In this document: positions 24,801-37,443 of the stretch, piece after piece
Position numbering within the stretch: the first letter of the stretch is position 1
Layout of the letters: the number at the start of each line of letters is the position of its first letter
Assembly: GCF_022539665.2 (NCBI RefSeq)
Contig: NC_081332.1
Coordinates: forward strand, 806,001-870,000
DNA: 64,000 nucleotides
Source of the DNA: Daphnia carinata
Lineage: Eukaryota
Direction: 5' to 3'
Position numbers and translations under genes: made by a program
The notes under the pieces: generated by a model
Told to the model about the DNA's origin: nothing
The model's input: only the letters and a program-made list of their open reading frames with translations
Database searches by the model: none

Positions 24801-25339
24801 TCGAGCCCGTTGCCGCAGAACAAGAAAAGGTTGCCGAACCCGTAGTGGCCGAGGAGGAGAAAGCTGCCGAACCCGTTGCTGCAGAACAAGAGCAAGAAAA
24901 GGTTGCCGAACCTGTCGTCGCTGAGCAGGAACAAGAAAAGGTTGCCGAGCCCGTCGTCTTTGAGCAAGAACAAGAAAAGGTTGCCGAACCCGTCATTGTT
25001 GAGCAAGAACAAGAAAAGGTTGCCGAACCCGTCGTCGTCGAACAAGAACAAGAAAAGGTTGCCGAAGCCGTTGTAGCTGACCCAGCCGCTGACGAGACGA
25101 AGAAGAGCACCGACTGCAAAGTCGAGTACATCCTCGTCAACGACGCCGGTACCCCGGCCCATGCCAAGGACGTGGCCGAAGAAAAGCCCCAAACGCAGGA
25201 TGACTCTGCTGCCATCGTCGTTACCTCGGCCGATGCTGAAACCAAGCCGGCTTCCGCTCGCTTCGAGTCGCGAGTCAACAGCCGCACAAAGTCCAAGTTC
25301 GGTTTGAGATCCCTCGGTCGCCGCATCATCAAATTTTAA
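21853..25339 (+). CDS. Large acidic Glu/Val/Ala/Pro-rich low-complexity repeat protein (VAEQEKVAEPV and VQVDPLPVVEVEQKP repeats), broken by ~10 frameshifts in this sequence
   Basis: ATG at 21853. Overlapping ORFs 21860-22441, 22482-23648, 23639-23890, 23967-24317 and 24296-25339 share the same GNN-rich codon pattern but switch frame. Ends in a basic tail KSKFGLRSLGRRIIKF*. Confidence 0.7.
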
Positions 25340-27212
25340 ACACGATCCATCGCAAACGCCCTTTCCCATCGAAATAAAACCCCCCTTTTTCAAAAAAAAC
25401 AAAGTGCCTTGCAATTCAAAAAATGATGACGTTTTGAAATGCAAATGAAAGCCCCACGTATTTTTTAGCAAAACGTTTGGAGACCGCAACAAAGCCATCC
25501 AGCCACGCCCTTTTCAATTTATTTTTTGTGTGTCATCAAGATGATTATTTTTAATTTCGATTGTTTTTCATTTTGAACAAAAACTCGTCTCCACAACAAC
25601 CACCTTGAATTCCCAATTTCCCATTCACATTTTGAACCACCCCGTTCTCCATTTTTTACGCTCATTTTTCTTCCAAAAAACAGCAACTTTTTCTTGTTTT
25701 TGGGTCGGGATTTTTAAATAAAAAATTTAAAAAACAAAACATAAAAAAAAAAAAAATCCCCAGTCGAATCGCGTGCCGTTCCCCCAAACGCGAAAAAAAA
25801 AAATTGTTTGGTGATTGGTTATTTAAAAATTTCCATGTTTTTCTTTTTTGCCTCTCGTCTACTTGTGGCTTTAATTATTTAAAATATCCCCCCCCCCGTC
25901 CGAGTTCAAAAATCTTTTCCCTTTCAAAATTCCCTCGTGTTAACATGCCGTTCGATTCACTAATGATTGATTACAATACACACCATGTGTTTCTCCGGAT
26001 TCAAACGAGCAATTCCTTTTCAAAAGCTCAGAGTCTTTTAGACGCCGTCATCGCCCATTGTAAACGAGTCTGGTCAAATGAAGGCCACATGTGTCGTGAC
26101 ACATCGTTTACAACGGTTTGACCTCCATTCCTTTTCGCTAAAGGATAGAACAAATAACATTCCCACACCGCCCTTCCGTGCCAACATGTGCCTTCCATCA
26201 CGCTACAAGCCGGTTCCAGAATCCCCCATTTTTTGGGGGGTTGGGATTATAACCGGCTCTTCCTTTTAAAGTCATTGGCACAACTTGCATTCAGTGTGGC
26301 TACTTGGCTTTTTTTTAAATTTTTTATTTACCTATTTGTTGAACTACTAGTTGGCACGAACCGTTGACTGCACCTGTTCCAGGGTTGAACCTCAACCGGT
26401 AAAAGAACGAAAAACGGTTTCACGGTTCGCGTTGAATTATTCATTGATTTAACGTGTTTACCTGCTTCTTAATTAAACAGTGCATTCAACATGTGCATGT
26501 CTGACGAAATGTCTCGACATACAAAGGTTTATGGCACTCCCTTCTTTTCTTTTAAAAAAAAAAAGACCATAACCGGGCACTGCCTGAGGCGTTCCAGCAA
26601 AGGTTTTTCGACGTTGCATTTCAAGTGTTTGTCAAACTTTGTCACGAACTCTTAAGGCTGCGCAATTTTCGCATGTACGTGTCTATAAAAAAAACAATAG
26701 AAGAAACGGCCAAGAAAAATAAATAAAAGAGCAATGACCTTAAAGAAAATAGAAAAACGTAAATGTATACCTTTCTTATGAATTTCATTTTGTTGGCCCG
26801 GAAGGGTGAGCGCACCTGTAACTGAGGAAATTTTGAATGACCACAACTCCGTTTTGTTTTAACGGACGATGTGCAGATGTATGCAAATGATCAATAAGTA
26901 TATAATATATGTACACACGTGAATTCAAAGGAGAGGGATGATACAGAGGATATGCAATGAACGAATCTTTCATTCACTGCAAATTTTTTTTTCAGAATAT
27001 GAAATATCGAAACGAATGAGCAGAAGGAGAAGTAAAAAATAATAATATTTTAGAAACGGCCGTTGGTTCCTTCAGGGGGGATTCTGATGATGAATCGCAC
27101 GGCCGTCCGACGAGACTTAATTTTTTTTTTTTTTTAATTCTTATTTTTTTTTTGTAAAGAAAGAAATGCCGTGAAACAAAGATAAAATCCAATCCGATTC
27201 GTTGTTTTCTTT

Positions 27213-29207
27213 TTAGACACCCCACCCTTGGATCGTCCCTGGAACAAAAACAAAGAGAAACGACTGTTATGGTTAGTTTGTGTCTTTCAGAGGATGGCAC
27301 TAAAACTAAGAGAAGAAGCTTAAAAAGCGGCAGGTGTTTTGCAAAAGCGAATACGTTTGAAATAGGTTGGCACCAAATGCAAAAATGAGAGATGGTGGTA
27401 TTTACGCGGACGGTGGCGGACGTGGATGTGGATGTTGCCCGGCCGGCTGTACGGTATCAAATTACGGACGGCCATTATCCCTGCTGTGAATAGAGAAAGC
27501 CACAACCAGCACACCCGAGAAAAGAGGACAAGAAATTGGTAGAATAAGCAAAAGGTCACAACAAGCCAATAAAAGCACAACAACAATAACCTGGCCATCT
27601 CCGGCTGCGTCCGCTGGAGAAAGCAACCCACCACGTTATTATCGCTACTAATATCATCATGATTAAGACTACCACTGCCCAGCAGAGACAGCTCATCACC
27701 TTGCGTTGAAGAGGTGACCATAGACGAAGAAGGAGCGCATGGCGGGCTGGAGACGGGACGTGGCGATTCGCATTCCTCACACTTGCTCAACGCCGGGTGG
27801 TTCTGGAAGGTGCAACGGCTGCAGTTCCAGCCGTCCGATTCATCATCCTCCTCCTCCGTCAAACTGGCTATTGGCAGCGGCATTCCGTTAAAGAACGCTG
27901 GGCTGCCAGTCGATGCTGTAGACAGAGTCGTTGATGGATTAGGGTTTTCGCTGTTACGCGTGACCAGCTCTTGATACATCCGCTGGCAATCCACCTCCAA
28001 GTTGCGCATTTCATCTTTCAAGTTTTCCAAGTCAATCACCTGGCGAGAGAAAGGAAATATTCAAATGATTTAATGACGTATAAAAAATATGAGCGATTAC
28101 GGCTTGTTGGCGCTGGAGTTGATGCGGATAATGTGGCAGAATCCGGGCAATAGGTGGCGCTGGTGGTAATCGTTGGGGTACGTTATTTCTCTCGCTCGTG
28201 TCGAGGAGTTGTTTTTCTTTCGTCAATTCTTCTTGAAGGTTTTCGACTTTGCGACGCAACAGGATCAACTGTTGGCGGTCCTCCTCCAAGGAGCGACGCA
28301 AAGATTCACGTCGTTTGCATTGCTCTTTGATGTGCTCTGCCTGATCAGGTAAGCTCAACGAAGAGGTCGACTGTTGCTGGCTGAGGCCGTTCACCGGGTT
28401 AGGTACAGGCATCGCACCGTAATGCCACGGAGAATGTAAATTAGATCGCTGAACGGCCGATACTGTTCCTCCTATCATTTATGAATTTAAAATTTTAATA
28501 ATTAAACAACGATTTTCTTTCAGGGAATTCGATACCTTGAGGACTGATTGTAATTTGTAGCTGCGAGTGTAATCCTCTGTGATGGTCAGTGGAGGCTGAC
28601 GAGTAGGTGACGTAGGGAAGAGTGTCGGCCGCCGGTTGGAGGATGACGTTGACTGACGTCGACGATCTGGGCTGCTCGCAAAAGACTTGCACTTGAGACG
28701 ACGCTTTTGTCTCCCGACCACTGGAGATGTCTGGAGGAGGCAGTGACAAATCAATGTCGGGCCGATAAAGTGGCGAGCTGTAGATCGGTGGACTAGGACC
28801 GGAAGATGCAGCTGCTGCTGCAGCCACTGGTGGTGTGACTGGCAGTGCTGGAGGAACTTTGGTAGGTGTCACGCAGTCAGTGAGAGATTTGGGTCCACCG
28901 TCGAGGGGTGAATTTCCTGCCGAAAGACTTTTGGGATTTCCCTGAGTTGTTTTCTTGACGAGGGGAAACCTGCCATATTTAGGAGCCTCTCTCTGCAGTA
29001 GGGCTTCTGCAGCTTGCCTGTTGTAACAAGCCTGTATGGGATGGCAAATAACAACAGTGGGTGAATTTCTGCACAGCAATTTTCCAACCAAGATCTTACC
29101 TTTCTGATGCAATCATTGACAACAGAATCAGGCACCTCAGGAAAGCCTTGCTTTACCTGATAAAATAGTTGTTTCAGCCCAAATTGTGTGAGTTCAATGG
29201 GGTCCAT
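27213..29207 (-). CDS. TAB2: TAK1-binding protein 2/3 homologue (CUE - coiled coil - NZF zinc finger)
   Basis: Predicted exons 29207-29100, 29031-28536, 28471-28101, 28039-27700, 27480-27406, 27238-27213, all GT-AG and phase-compatible. CUE motif [20 protein letters not shown]; coiled coil; [27 protein letters not shown]; predicted end ...[19 protein letters not shown]. The last two exons are less certain. Confidence 0.88.
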
Positions 29208-29899
29208 TACAGGTAACAATCCATTCAACCTGAACAAACAACTAATAATAAAATTTGTTTCATAGTACAGCACATTAGGAGGGAGGAGAAAAAAAAATAA
29301 AGAACCACCGTACTTGCAAAAGCACTACCGTCTGGCATCATTAACGTTCGAGGCGTAGGTGGGAATAAACAATAGTAGAAGGACGTGAAATATCCAAGCG
29401 TACATCGACTTAGCAAACCATAACCAATTGCAAACCAATTAGTTTGCCTATTGCAAACGTTTGGCTGGAAATTAAAACGAGAAATAGCTTTCGATTCCCA
29501 AAGGGAGACGGTTCACAATTGGAGAATGGGTCTTCTCAAATTCCCATAAAACTCACGTCAGTGTTTATTTCAGGATCGCTCGCAGACCGCCCCACAGTTT
29601 TCCCACCTTTACCATACGGCCATGTTTTGGTCTTAAGGCAACGTTGCGTAATAGTATATGCTAATAAAGTTATTCATATATTTAATGAAAATTATCAGGT
29701 TTTCAAAACTTCTTGAATTTAAGTATGTAAAACACGATTACATATTTTCTGATTTTTTGAAAATTTTACTTGTTATTGTTGTGCAACGCTGGTTACCAAG
29801 CTCGTTGTTTTTTATCAAAACGTCGTCCGTTCGAAGTTGCGTGCAAATTTCGGCCGGAAAATTCTCGAATTTAACACGTGAAACTCATTTCATAGCATA
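29208..29899. promoter_or_regulatory. Probable bidirectional promoter/5' UTR region of the head-to-head TAB2 and NudC genes
   Basis: Divergent start codons ~690 bp apart; inferred from arrangement only. Confidence 0.5.
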
Positions 29900-32800
29900 A
29901 TGGCTGATAAAACGGAAGCTTTTGATGGAATTTTGTTGTCCATAGCCACCCAACATGAAGGGGGTGTTCAAGACGTAATACTATTTCTTTGTCGCTTGGT
30001 TTTTGTTTCTGTTCCATGCTTGATTTTTGTATGTACTAAAATGTTTATTTTCAGTTGCTCGACACGATCTTCAGTTTCCTGTGTCGAAAAACAGACTTTT
30101 ATACTGGTGCAGGAATTCAAGCAGCTGAAAAGGTAATAATGAATGACTGACGTTGCCCCACTAGGCCGAACATGTATTTTCAGGGTAACAACTCAAAAGA
30201 GAAACCGAGAGACAGAATTCATGAAAACATGTCGTACAAGTATGTCTGAAGGCAGCAAAACACAGGCAATAAATATTAATAGCATTTATTCTGACATAGC
30301 ATGATTTGGTCTCTTGCTGAATTTTAAATGTTTTCTATTCTTTTTGTCGAGAACTGATGATCACTTTCTTGTTGCTCCAGCTGCTGATGGAGAAGTTTAA
30401 CAAATATAGGGTAAAGGCAGACCAGGAAACAGCCAAAAAACGAGCCGAAGTCGAGGAACGGGAAAGAAAAATCAAGGAACGTAGAGAAAAAGAGCAGAAA
30501 CAATTGGAAGAGCAGGAAAAACGTGAAGCTCTCGAGCCGAAAATCAGAGAATTGACGGATGAAGAAGCCGCTGAGATGATGCAACAACAAAAGCAAAAGG
30601 AATCGTCGACGGTGGTGGCTAAAGCAGCCACAAAGGACGTTGACACCACAAAAAAGGATGAAGAAGAGGAGGATCCACAGGACGCTGGCAAACTCAAACC
30701 CAATGCCGGCAATGGTTGCGATATGCCCAACTACCGATGGACTCAGACCCTCTCCGACATTGAGGTAAAGCATTTAGACTCGGCGTTCGTTCATGTAGAC
30801 TATAAAATTATATAAGTAGTTAATTGTAATAAATTTTGGATGGGACAAAAGTTTACCTTCCATGTAGACGATCATGCCGACCAAGGCCAAAAGGGCCAGA
30901 GTACAAAACGTGAGGGACAGTTGACAAGTGGTGGGTGTAGTTCGGTTTTTCCGAGTAATAGCTCCCGACTCTCCCAATAAGGTGAATCTCGTCGGCGTGC
31001 CGCAGCGATCGTAAATGTAGCTGCTTGAGACGGACATTGTCAGCTCATTGCTAGACGATGACGACGGTGGTGTAGGCGGCAAATTGATGCTATCCAAGCT
31101 ATGTTGTTCCCCAGGCATTTGTACGATAGTGAGAACAGGACGAGGAATGTGAAGAGTTCCCTGGAAAAATTTTCGTTAAGCAAATTCGAAATAGTTAATA
31201 GAAGGCATTTGTGAAGGTTAAGCGCCGCATCCCCACGATGATAGAGCACGACAGAGTTCAAGGTTTTGATCGTCAAGTCCGGGTACAGTAAAATTTACCG
31301 TATGAATAAAAACAAAAAACTGAAAGTGCTAAGAGAACCTTCTCCACTGATCTATTAAAATTTTTTATTTGTGTTTTGGCCCCTCAGGGCGAGTCTACGT
31401 ACTCTACCTCTATTATTTCTCCTATAGTTTCTTTGTATGGTGAGGCTGTTTATAATAGGTAGGCGCCGGTGGTGCGTTTCCTCACCAACTGGTTTTTCCC
31501 CGGGTATTGTATATTGTAAATAATAGCAAGTTTAATAATAATTGTGGAAATTCCGAGTTGAATCATATTGTCTGTATCTTTTCGCCAGCTTAGATTAGAA
31601 TTCCATTGTGGTTTGACTATTGAACTTGATGGCCATTTGTCCCTTTTTGGGAGGACACTTGTAGAAGGTCACCTAGCAAAAAAAAATGCGAATACTCTTA
31701 AGCTGAAAGGGGGCACTTGCCCTTCTATCTATACGTGATCTCTGCGATGCTTCGGCCCATTCGTCCCCAACAACCTCCTACCTTTCCTGGAAACTACCTA
31801 AGAACACTGTTTGCTTCTCCAAAACTAGAAAATAACGGGTCCGTTGAATTATGAGAAGATTTTTTTTAGGGGAAAAAAAAAGAAGGGTTTTCCCGGATAA
31901 CTATGGCCCATCTTGAAAAACGTACTACGGTAACCACACTCGTTTTTTTTTCCTTTTGAAACTGGTTTCCTTTATCACGGGCAGTCAAGGTCAAGGGTGA
32001 GGTCATTTACCTCTTCATTTATCTACCTTTGTATAATGGCACCACGAGCACGGGACTATGACATGTGTTGACAACGGAGAATAGAAGCAGTGGTCTTAAC
32101 CAGTACGTTAACCCCAGGAATCTGTTGCCATTCGGCCTTGACATTCCGCCGTCCTCACATGTCACGTTCGCTTAACGCGTTCCCAGAAGCCATCGACGTC
32201 TTCGAAACAGTAGAATAAGTTTATTCATTCTGACCTGCTCCTGTTGATGATGCAGATATTGGCGATGGACTTGAGCGACGGGCGGGATGAAATTAGCGTT
32301 GGATGAAATCCAGTGGCCGTTGAATGACATTTTCTCGCGTCACTTTGAATATTTCCTGGTTGTTTGTTATTTCCTACTTTGTTGTGTGGGCAAAAAAAAT
32401 AGGCAACCGTAAAGGTGGACTCACTCTGTGTAACTGATCCACGACCTCTCCTTCCAAACGGACCAAACCCACCTCTTCTCTCTGCTCCTCCTCCTCCTCC
32501 TCTGTTACACTCTTGCTTTTCTTTCTCCCCATGACCAGTCCCTCCCAACAGGTAGAACACCACACGATAATCTCTTAAAACTGTCTGTAGTGCCTTAGGG
32601 TGGGTTATTCCATGATTCAGTTCATAATTACAATTTTTTTTTTGGGCTGTACAGGTGCGGATCCCGTTGCCGAGGGCCGGACTCCGTTCGCGCGATCTGA
32701 CGGTCGAGATCCAGAAAAATCACGTCAAGGCCGCCGTCAAGAATCAGCTGCCGGCCATGCTCGACGACCGCCTCTTGCATGACGTCAAGATGGAAGAATC

Positions 32801-33170
32801 AACGTGGCTGCTTGAAGATAAACAGACGGTGCTCATCACGCTCGAGAAGGTGAACAAGATGGAGTGGTGGAGTCGCCTAGTCGTGTCGGATCCGGAGATC
32901 AACACCAAAAAGATCAATCCGGAGCCGTCGAAGCTGTCTGATCTGGACGGGGAGACGCGCGGGCTCGTCGAGAAGATGATGTACGACCAGCGCCAGAAGG
33001 AAATGGGACTGCCGACGTCCGAGGAGCAAAAGAAGCAAGACATGCTCAAAAAGTAAATATTTCATTGAATAAGCAATCAGCTTACATCACGATAAGTGAA
33101 CTTTTCTATTTTTAACAGGTTCATGGAACAACATCCTGAAATGGATTTCAGCAAGTGCAAATTTTCTTGA
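29900..33170 (+). CDS. nudC: Nuclear migration protein NudC (N-terminal NudC motif, coiled coil, CS/p23 domain)
   Basis: Exons 29900-29974, 30055-30132, 30381-30764, 32655-33052, 33119-33170. Hallmarks: [89 protein letters not shown]. Confidence 0.97.
30857..31118 (-). CDS. Nested antisense putative coding exon in NudC intron 3: 87 codons, Ser/Pro-rich N-terminus followed by a type II signal-anchor
   Basis: [18 protein letters not shown]...[32 protein letters not shown] followed by donor GAAG|GTAAAC (phase 1) at 30856. Confidence 0.55.
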
Positions 33171-33305
33171 ATGATTATTTTTTAAATAGAATGTTTTCAT
33201 CCCACATTTCCACTATTAAGAAACGCTTAATTTCCCCCTTTTTTTCTACATTCTTTTCAAAATACATCATTCGGAAATTGGTGTTCATACCACGTGCAAG
33301 TGTTT

Positions 33306-34191
33306 TCATTTGAGGATTGCCCGACAGGCGTTGTTACATATAAATAACCAGAATACAATGCTGAGTGCGCCTTCGACCCCGGTGGGGTAACTAAGCACGA
33401 GATTCAGTGGCCAGAACCAGTCAGGAACTCCAGTAAGAACTGGTTCGTACCGTTGAGTGACAGCCAGGTAGACAAGAACGGTACCCTGTCAGACAAGCAA
33501 ACGAGGGTTAACTAAATCAGAGTTCAATGACGTTAGAAATATATTCACATGCTACACCTTACATTGATAACCTGTATGGTTTTAGTAAATTTCCATCTGA
33601 TAGATTCCCGATCGTCCATTCTCGACTGACCAAGAGCTTGGATTTGTTCCTCCAGCTTGTTTATTTTTCGCTGAGTGCGGGCGTAACGTGCAAATTCATC
33701 TACAGCAGATATGCCAGCCAACTCTTTCCTGAGTTCTTTGAATTCTTCTCTATGTATTTGTTCTTTGTCAGTTATCTTGAATATGAAGTGTGTGCCCTAC
33801 AAACATGAATCGTTGGAAAGTGTTTGCTTTAGTCTAGACAACGATTTGAACACTATCTTGATGAGCAATAGGATTATGACTAATGTCATGTAGATGGTGT
33901 GCCAACAGAATGATGAAATTGATGATAGTAATAAAAGAAATATAATCAGTCATAAAAAAAAGTCTTATTTTTTATAAACTGATCTTATCTCAACCTGCCT
34001 GATAGAGATATGCATTTACATGTTTCGAAAGATGTTCAAAGTACTCTGTCCAGAACTTTCTACCTTGCCAACCTAGTCCATAAAATTTAGAAAAATATAA
34101 TGAAACTAAATCAAGAACTTACCCATTTCACAATACTCGGTAATAGAGATCCAATGAGCATAAACAAAGCAACCATCCAGAACGTTATCAT
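33306..34191 (-). CDS. WRB: Tail-anchored protein insertion receptor WRB/GET1 (~160 aa); absent from the ORF track
   Basis: Exons 34191-34123 (MITFWMVALFMLIGSLLPSIVKW), 33796-33563 (…LRKELAGISAVDEFARYARTQRKINKL…) and 33485-33306 (…YEPVLTGVPDWFWPLNLVLSYPTGVEGALSIVFWLFICN…*), all phase 0 GT-AG. DEFARYAR..RKINK and W..PL...L..PT are WRB/GET1 signatures. Confidence 0.93.
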
Positions 34192-34277
34192 CTTCAAAAA
34201 CGTTGGAATACACTTAGTATTCGACAGAATCGTCTGCTTTGAATTGAATCGGTTCTCGATGGAGCGATACTTCAGCC

Positions 34278-35446
34278 ATGATCAAAACAAGCAGCATAGT
34301 GTCACACATTTGGAAGGTGAATTACCCTATTGAATTAGAAATTACAATTACGTTTTTCGGTATCGTGTCACAGGCTTAAAATATGCAGTATGAACTAGGC
34401 AATCTGAAGGCTCCGGTTAGTATGAATTAAAGATGTCCAATCCATGACGAAATGCAATGTTGCCTGAACCTTATCAGTCGTGATAAATTACATCATCATA
34501 GCAATACGATTATGGAAAAAAATTTCAGCATATTACGTGCATGGGGCTTATTTTCCATGTTTTGGTTAGTAAATGACAAATTGATAATTGACATCAAAAG
34601 GATTCAGAATGCTTCATTTCCTCACCCATCCTTATGCACCATCTTCTCGAATCTTATTGGCTAATGACGGCCATGTTTTTTCCCGCCTTTCGCAAAGGGC
34701 TGAGAGAGCTTATTTTTGCCTAAGGTTGTCCTGAAATTTCTTCGTCTCATTCTTTTCTTATCTGCGTAGATAAGGATGCACCTCCCGAGAATATGGAGCT
34801 GTGTATCTCTCGACAACAGCTACATAATTAAGTTTTCATATAATCTTATCGGTTTTCTGATGATTGTTAAGATCTTGATATAGTCATCTTATCTGTACGT
34901 TGGGATAGTGATATACGTGAGTTATATACAAAGCTGTGAAGACATCATGGCGGCGTGAGAAGGTGTGGGACGGCGTGGACGATTGTGAAAACTTGCACAT
35001 CGAACTTTCCCAGCTGCGTGTATAATGGTAACGAAAAATATTAATTGGGCATCAATTGTTGGCACTGAAACGAAATTTATGATGTGTATTGTATCCATAC
35101 TATCACTCGTTATTAGATTGTTGAAATTCATAGGTGTCATCACTTGGCTAACGATCTCACGTGTGCATGTGCTCCTCATGGTAACTTTTAGTTTTTGGTG
35201 AAGTGATTTCCTTTACCGACACGACAGGCCGTTTTGAAAAAAAATTACTCAACTAACATAGGTTACGCAACATGTTGAGCACGTGTTGCGACATTACAGA
35301 TACGGTCGTTGAAATCGAAATTACCTGGCTCGAACTTTCACCTTTCCATCCTGAATACCTGCAGCAGCCTATTGGGTGAGAAATGTTGCTCAATCTCCTT
35401 ATAAATTAAAATAATTGTTACACTATTTAGATGTGTGAATTTCTAG
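34278..35446 (+). repeat. ~1.17-kb direct repeat, copy 1 (copy 2 at 54652-55843)
   Basis: Colinear similarity from ATGATCAAAA.. to ..ATGTGTGAAT.TCTAG, with long near-identical blocks (e.g. ~34530-34770 vs ~54945-55190). Confidence 0.92.
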
Positions 35447-37443
35447 TACACATTTCACTTGGGACACTCAACTCCGCAGTCAACGTGGCCGAGGAAGCAC
35501 TTTGCAACAAGTTGGAGGTAAAAAGATTTATATTTTACTTTCGCCAATGTCCTACAGAAATTTTCTTTTTGAAAACATTTTAGTAGTAGTAGTAGTAGTA
35601 GTAATGGATGTTTCGCAAATCGTTTGGTAAGATCTGAATTTACATAGTGTACATGTAAATTTGCTATTTGTGATGGCTTATCATCTGTGTACCCTGTACG
35701 TTTTGTCCCATTTGGCACAGATTGACGGGACAATTAGATTCGTTTCCCTCAACGTGGGTGAATCATGATCACGATCTCCAATGCCCAGCCTGGTGGGTAT
35801 GAAATCCAAAGAATTTAACCTTTTGGCAGAGTTAGGTGAAAGGATATAGGGCAGGTACGGCAGTCAACATTATTTTTCAATCTCATTAGGATAAAATGTC
35901 TAAACTTTTGTAATTGAAATCTCTAATGTTCTTCCTTCTATTCCAAGATGAATTGTTGGGAAGACGTAGTCAGGACTTGCATCGAGGACGTTATCGACAC
36001 AGTCTCGTGTACTATCCGGAGGCCTCTCGGAAATCCCGATGGCCGTTTCCATTGTTCTTCTTCATCGAGCAACATTTCCATATTGGGCATATACTGACGT
36101 GCCGTGATTCATCGCCGCCATAATGGAATGGGTTTATTGAAGGTATTCTATCGAATTAATCTTTTTCCATGCTATCACTGAGGCTTTCTGTTGTCGTCTA
36201 ATGCGCTATGTTGTCATAACCGACTCGCTTGTGTCGTGCATTTTGATTTTCATAGCTAGACAGGCGTAGGTTGATGACCGATACTCACGAGTTGAACAGT
36301 CACTATTTGTCTTTGCATATGTCTTGTGTATTTATTCCATACGAACCAAATTGATGAGTTTGCAAGGACTACGCAACACACTTAGCGTTTTTATATTATT
36401 CTATATCTCGTAAATAGGTTCCCTGCTTTTGTTAGGGCGAACTCGCGGTCTACAGGTTTCATGCGACGAATGCTTTACCCGAATCCGACATAAAAATGTT
36501 CGTAGATCCGTAATCTCATCAAAGGCTTAAATTGGAATAATGATAGTAGCAATAGTGTAATCTTCACGAACTATGAACACGTGCTGGCGTTTCAATGCGT
36601 TCACTGTCCCCAAACAAGGTTGTTCCGTACCCGAAGACCTCTTCGCTACAGTTACCGTCATCTGTCACGTTTCGCTATGGGATTATACGCACACGCGTTC
36701 GTTCACGAGACACATTCTGGTTCTTAATCCGCCTTTTGTGTTGTCTCAGGAAATCTTTCGTTCTTCAGTATTTTCCGCCAGTTCCCAACTAAAGTACCCA
36801 ACGACATGTTGCTTTTTGTTAAAATAAGATTTTTAACTAATTCAATGTTGCCTTTGTCGCTTCTCCGTAGTTTGCCCCATGCCAAGTGCATCATTTTCTT
36901 AAAGGATAGGGGAAAAGGTGTGGTGAAAACGAAAAGGGTACCTTTCTTCATTGCAATATGCTAATCAGCACCCGAGGCAAACTTAAGACGAATGATATCA
37001 AATGTTTGAAGATAAGCATTTCGCATGTATTACAAATGTCGATTTTTCGATTTCTGTCTACAGCGTATTGAAGGTACGATACTAGTAAATAGGGTAATGT
37101 AAATAAAAACTAGAACGTTACCTTTTGACACTTGGCAAAGTTGGCATTAATTTTAAAATTATAAGTCATTTCTTTTAAAGCTTAGAGTTCCCAGAAATTA
37201 ATTGCAGCAAGTCGGTTTAATCGATTTTTGTTAACTGATTTAAAATGAAGAATTCCTTTGACAAAGCGCACCCACCAATGTCTTGATTTTTTGTTTGTCT
37301 TCGGAGCGATGTCTTTTGTTAGGATAAAGAAAGGGTTAGAACTGTAACTTAAATTTGATATACACGCAAAACATAAGCTTAAACCTTCCACGATTCGCTT
37401 TTTTTCTCTGTTGTGGTAATCAGTTGTCACTTTCCGATGTTTT

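Noticed and set aside
22659..25498. Long minus-strand ORFs (322, 532 and 624 aa; FGNLFLF and SATTGSATFS repeats)
   Set aside because: Antisense shadows of the GNN-biased repetitive + strand coding sequence; no independent coding evidence
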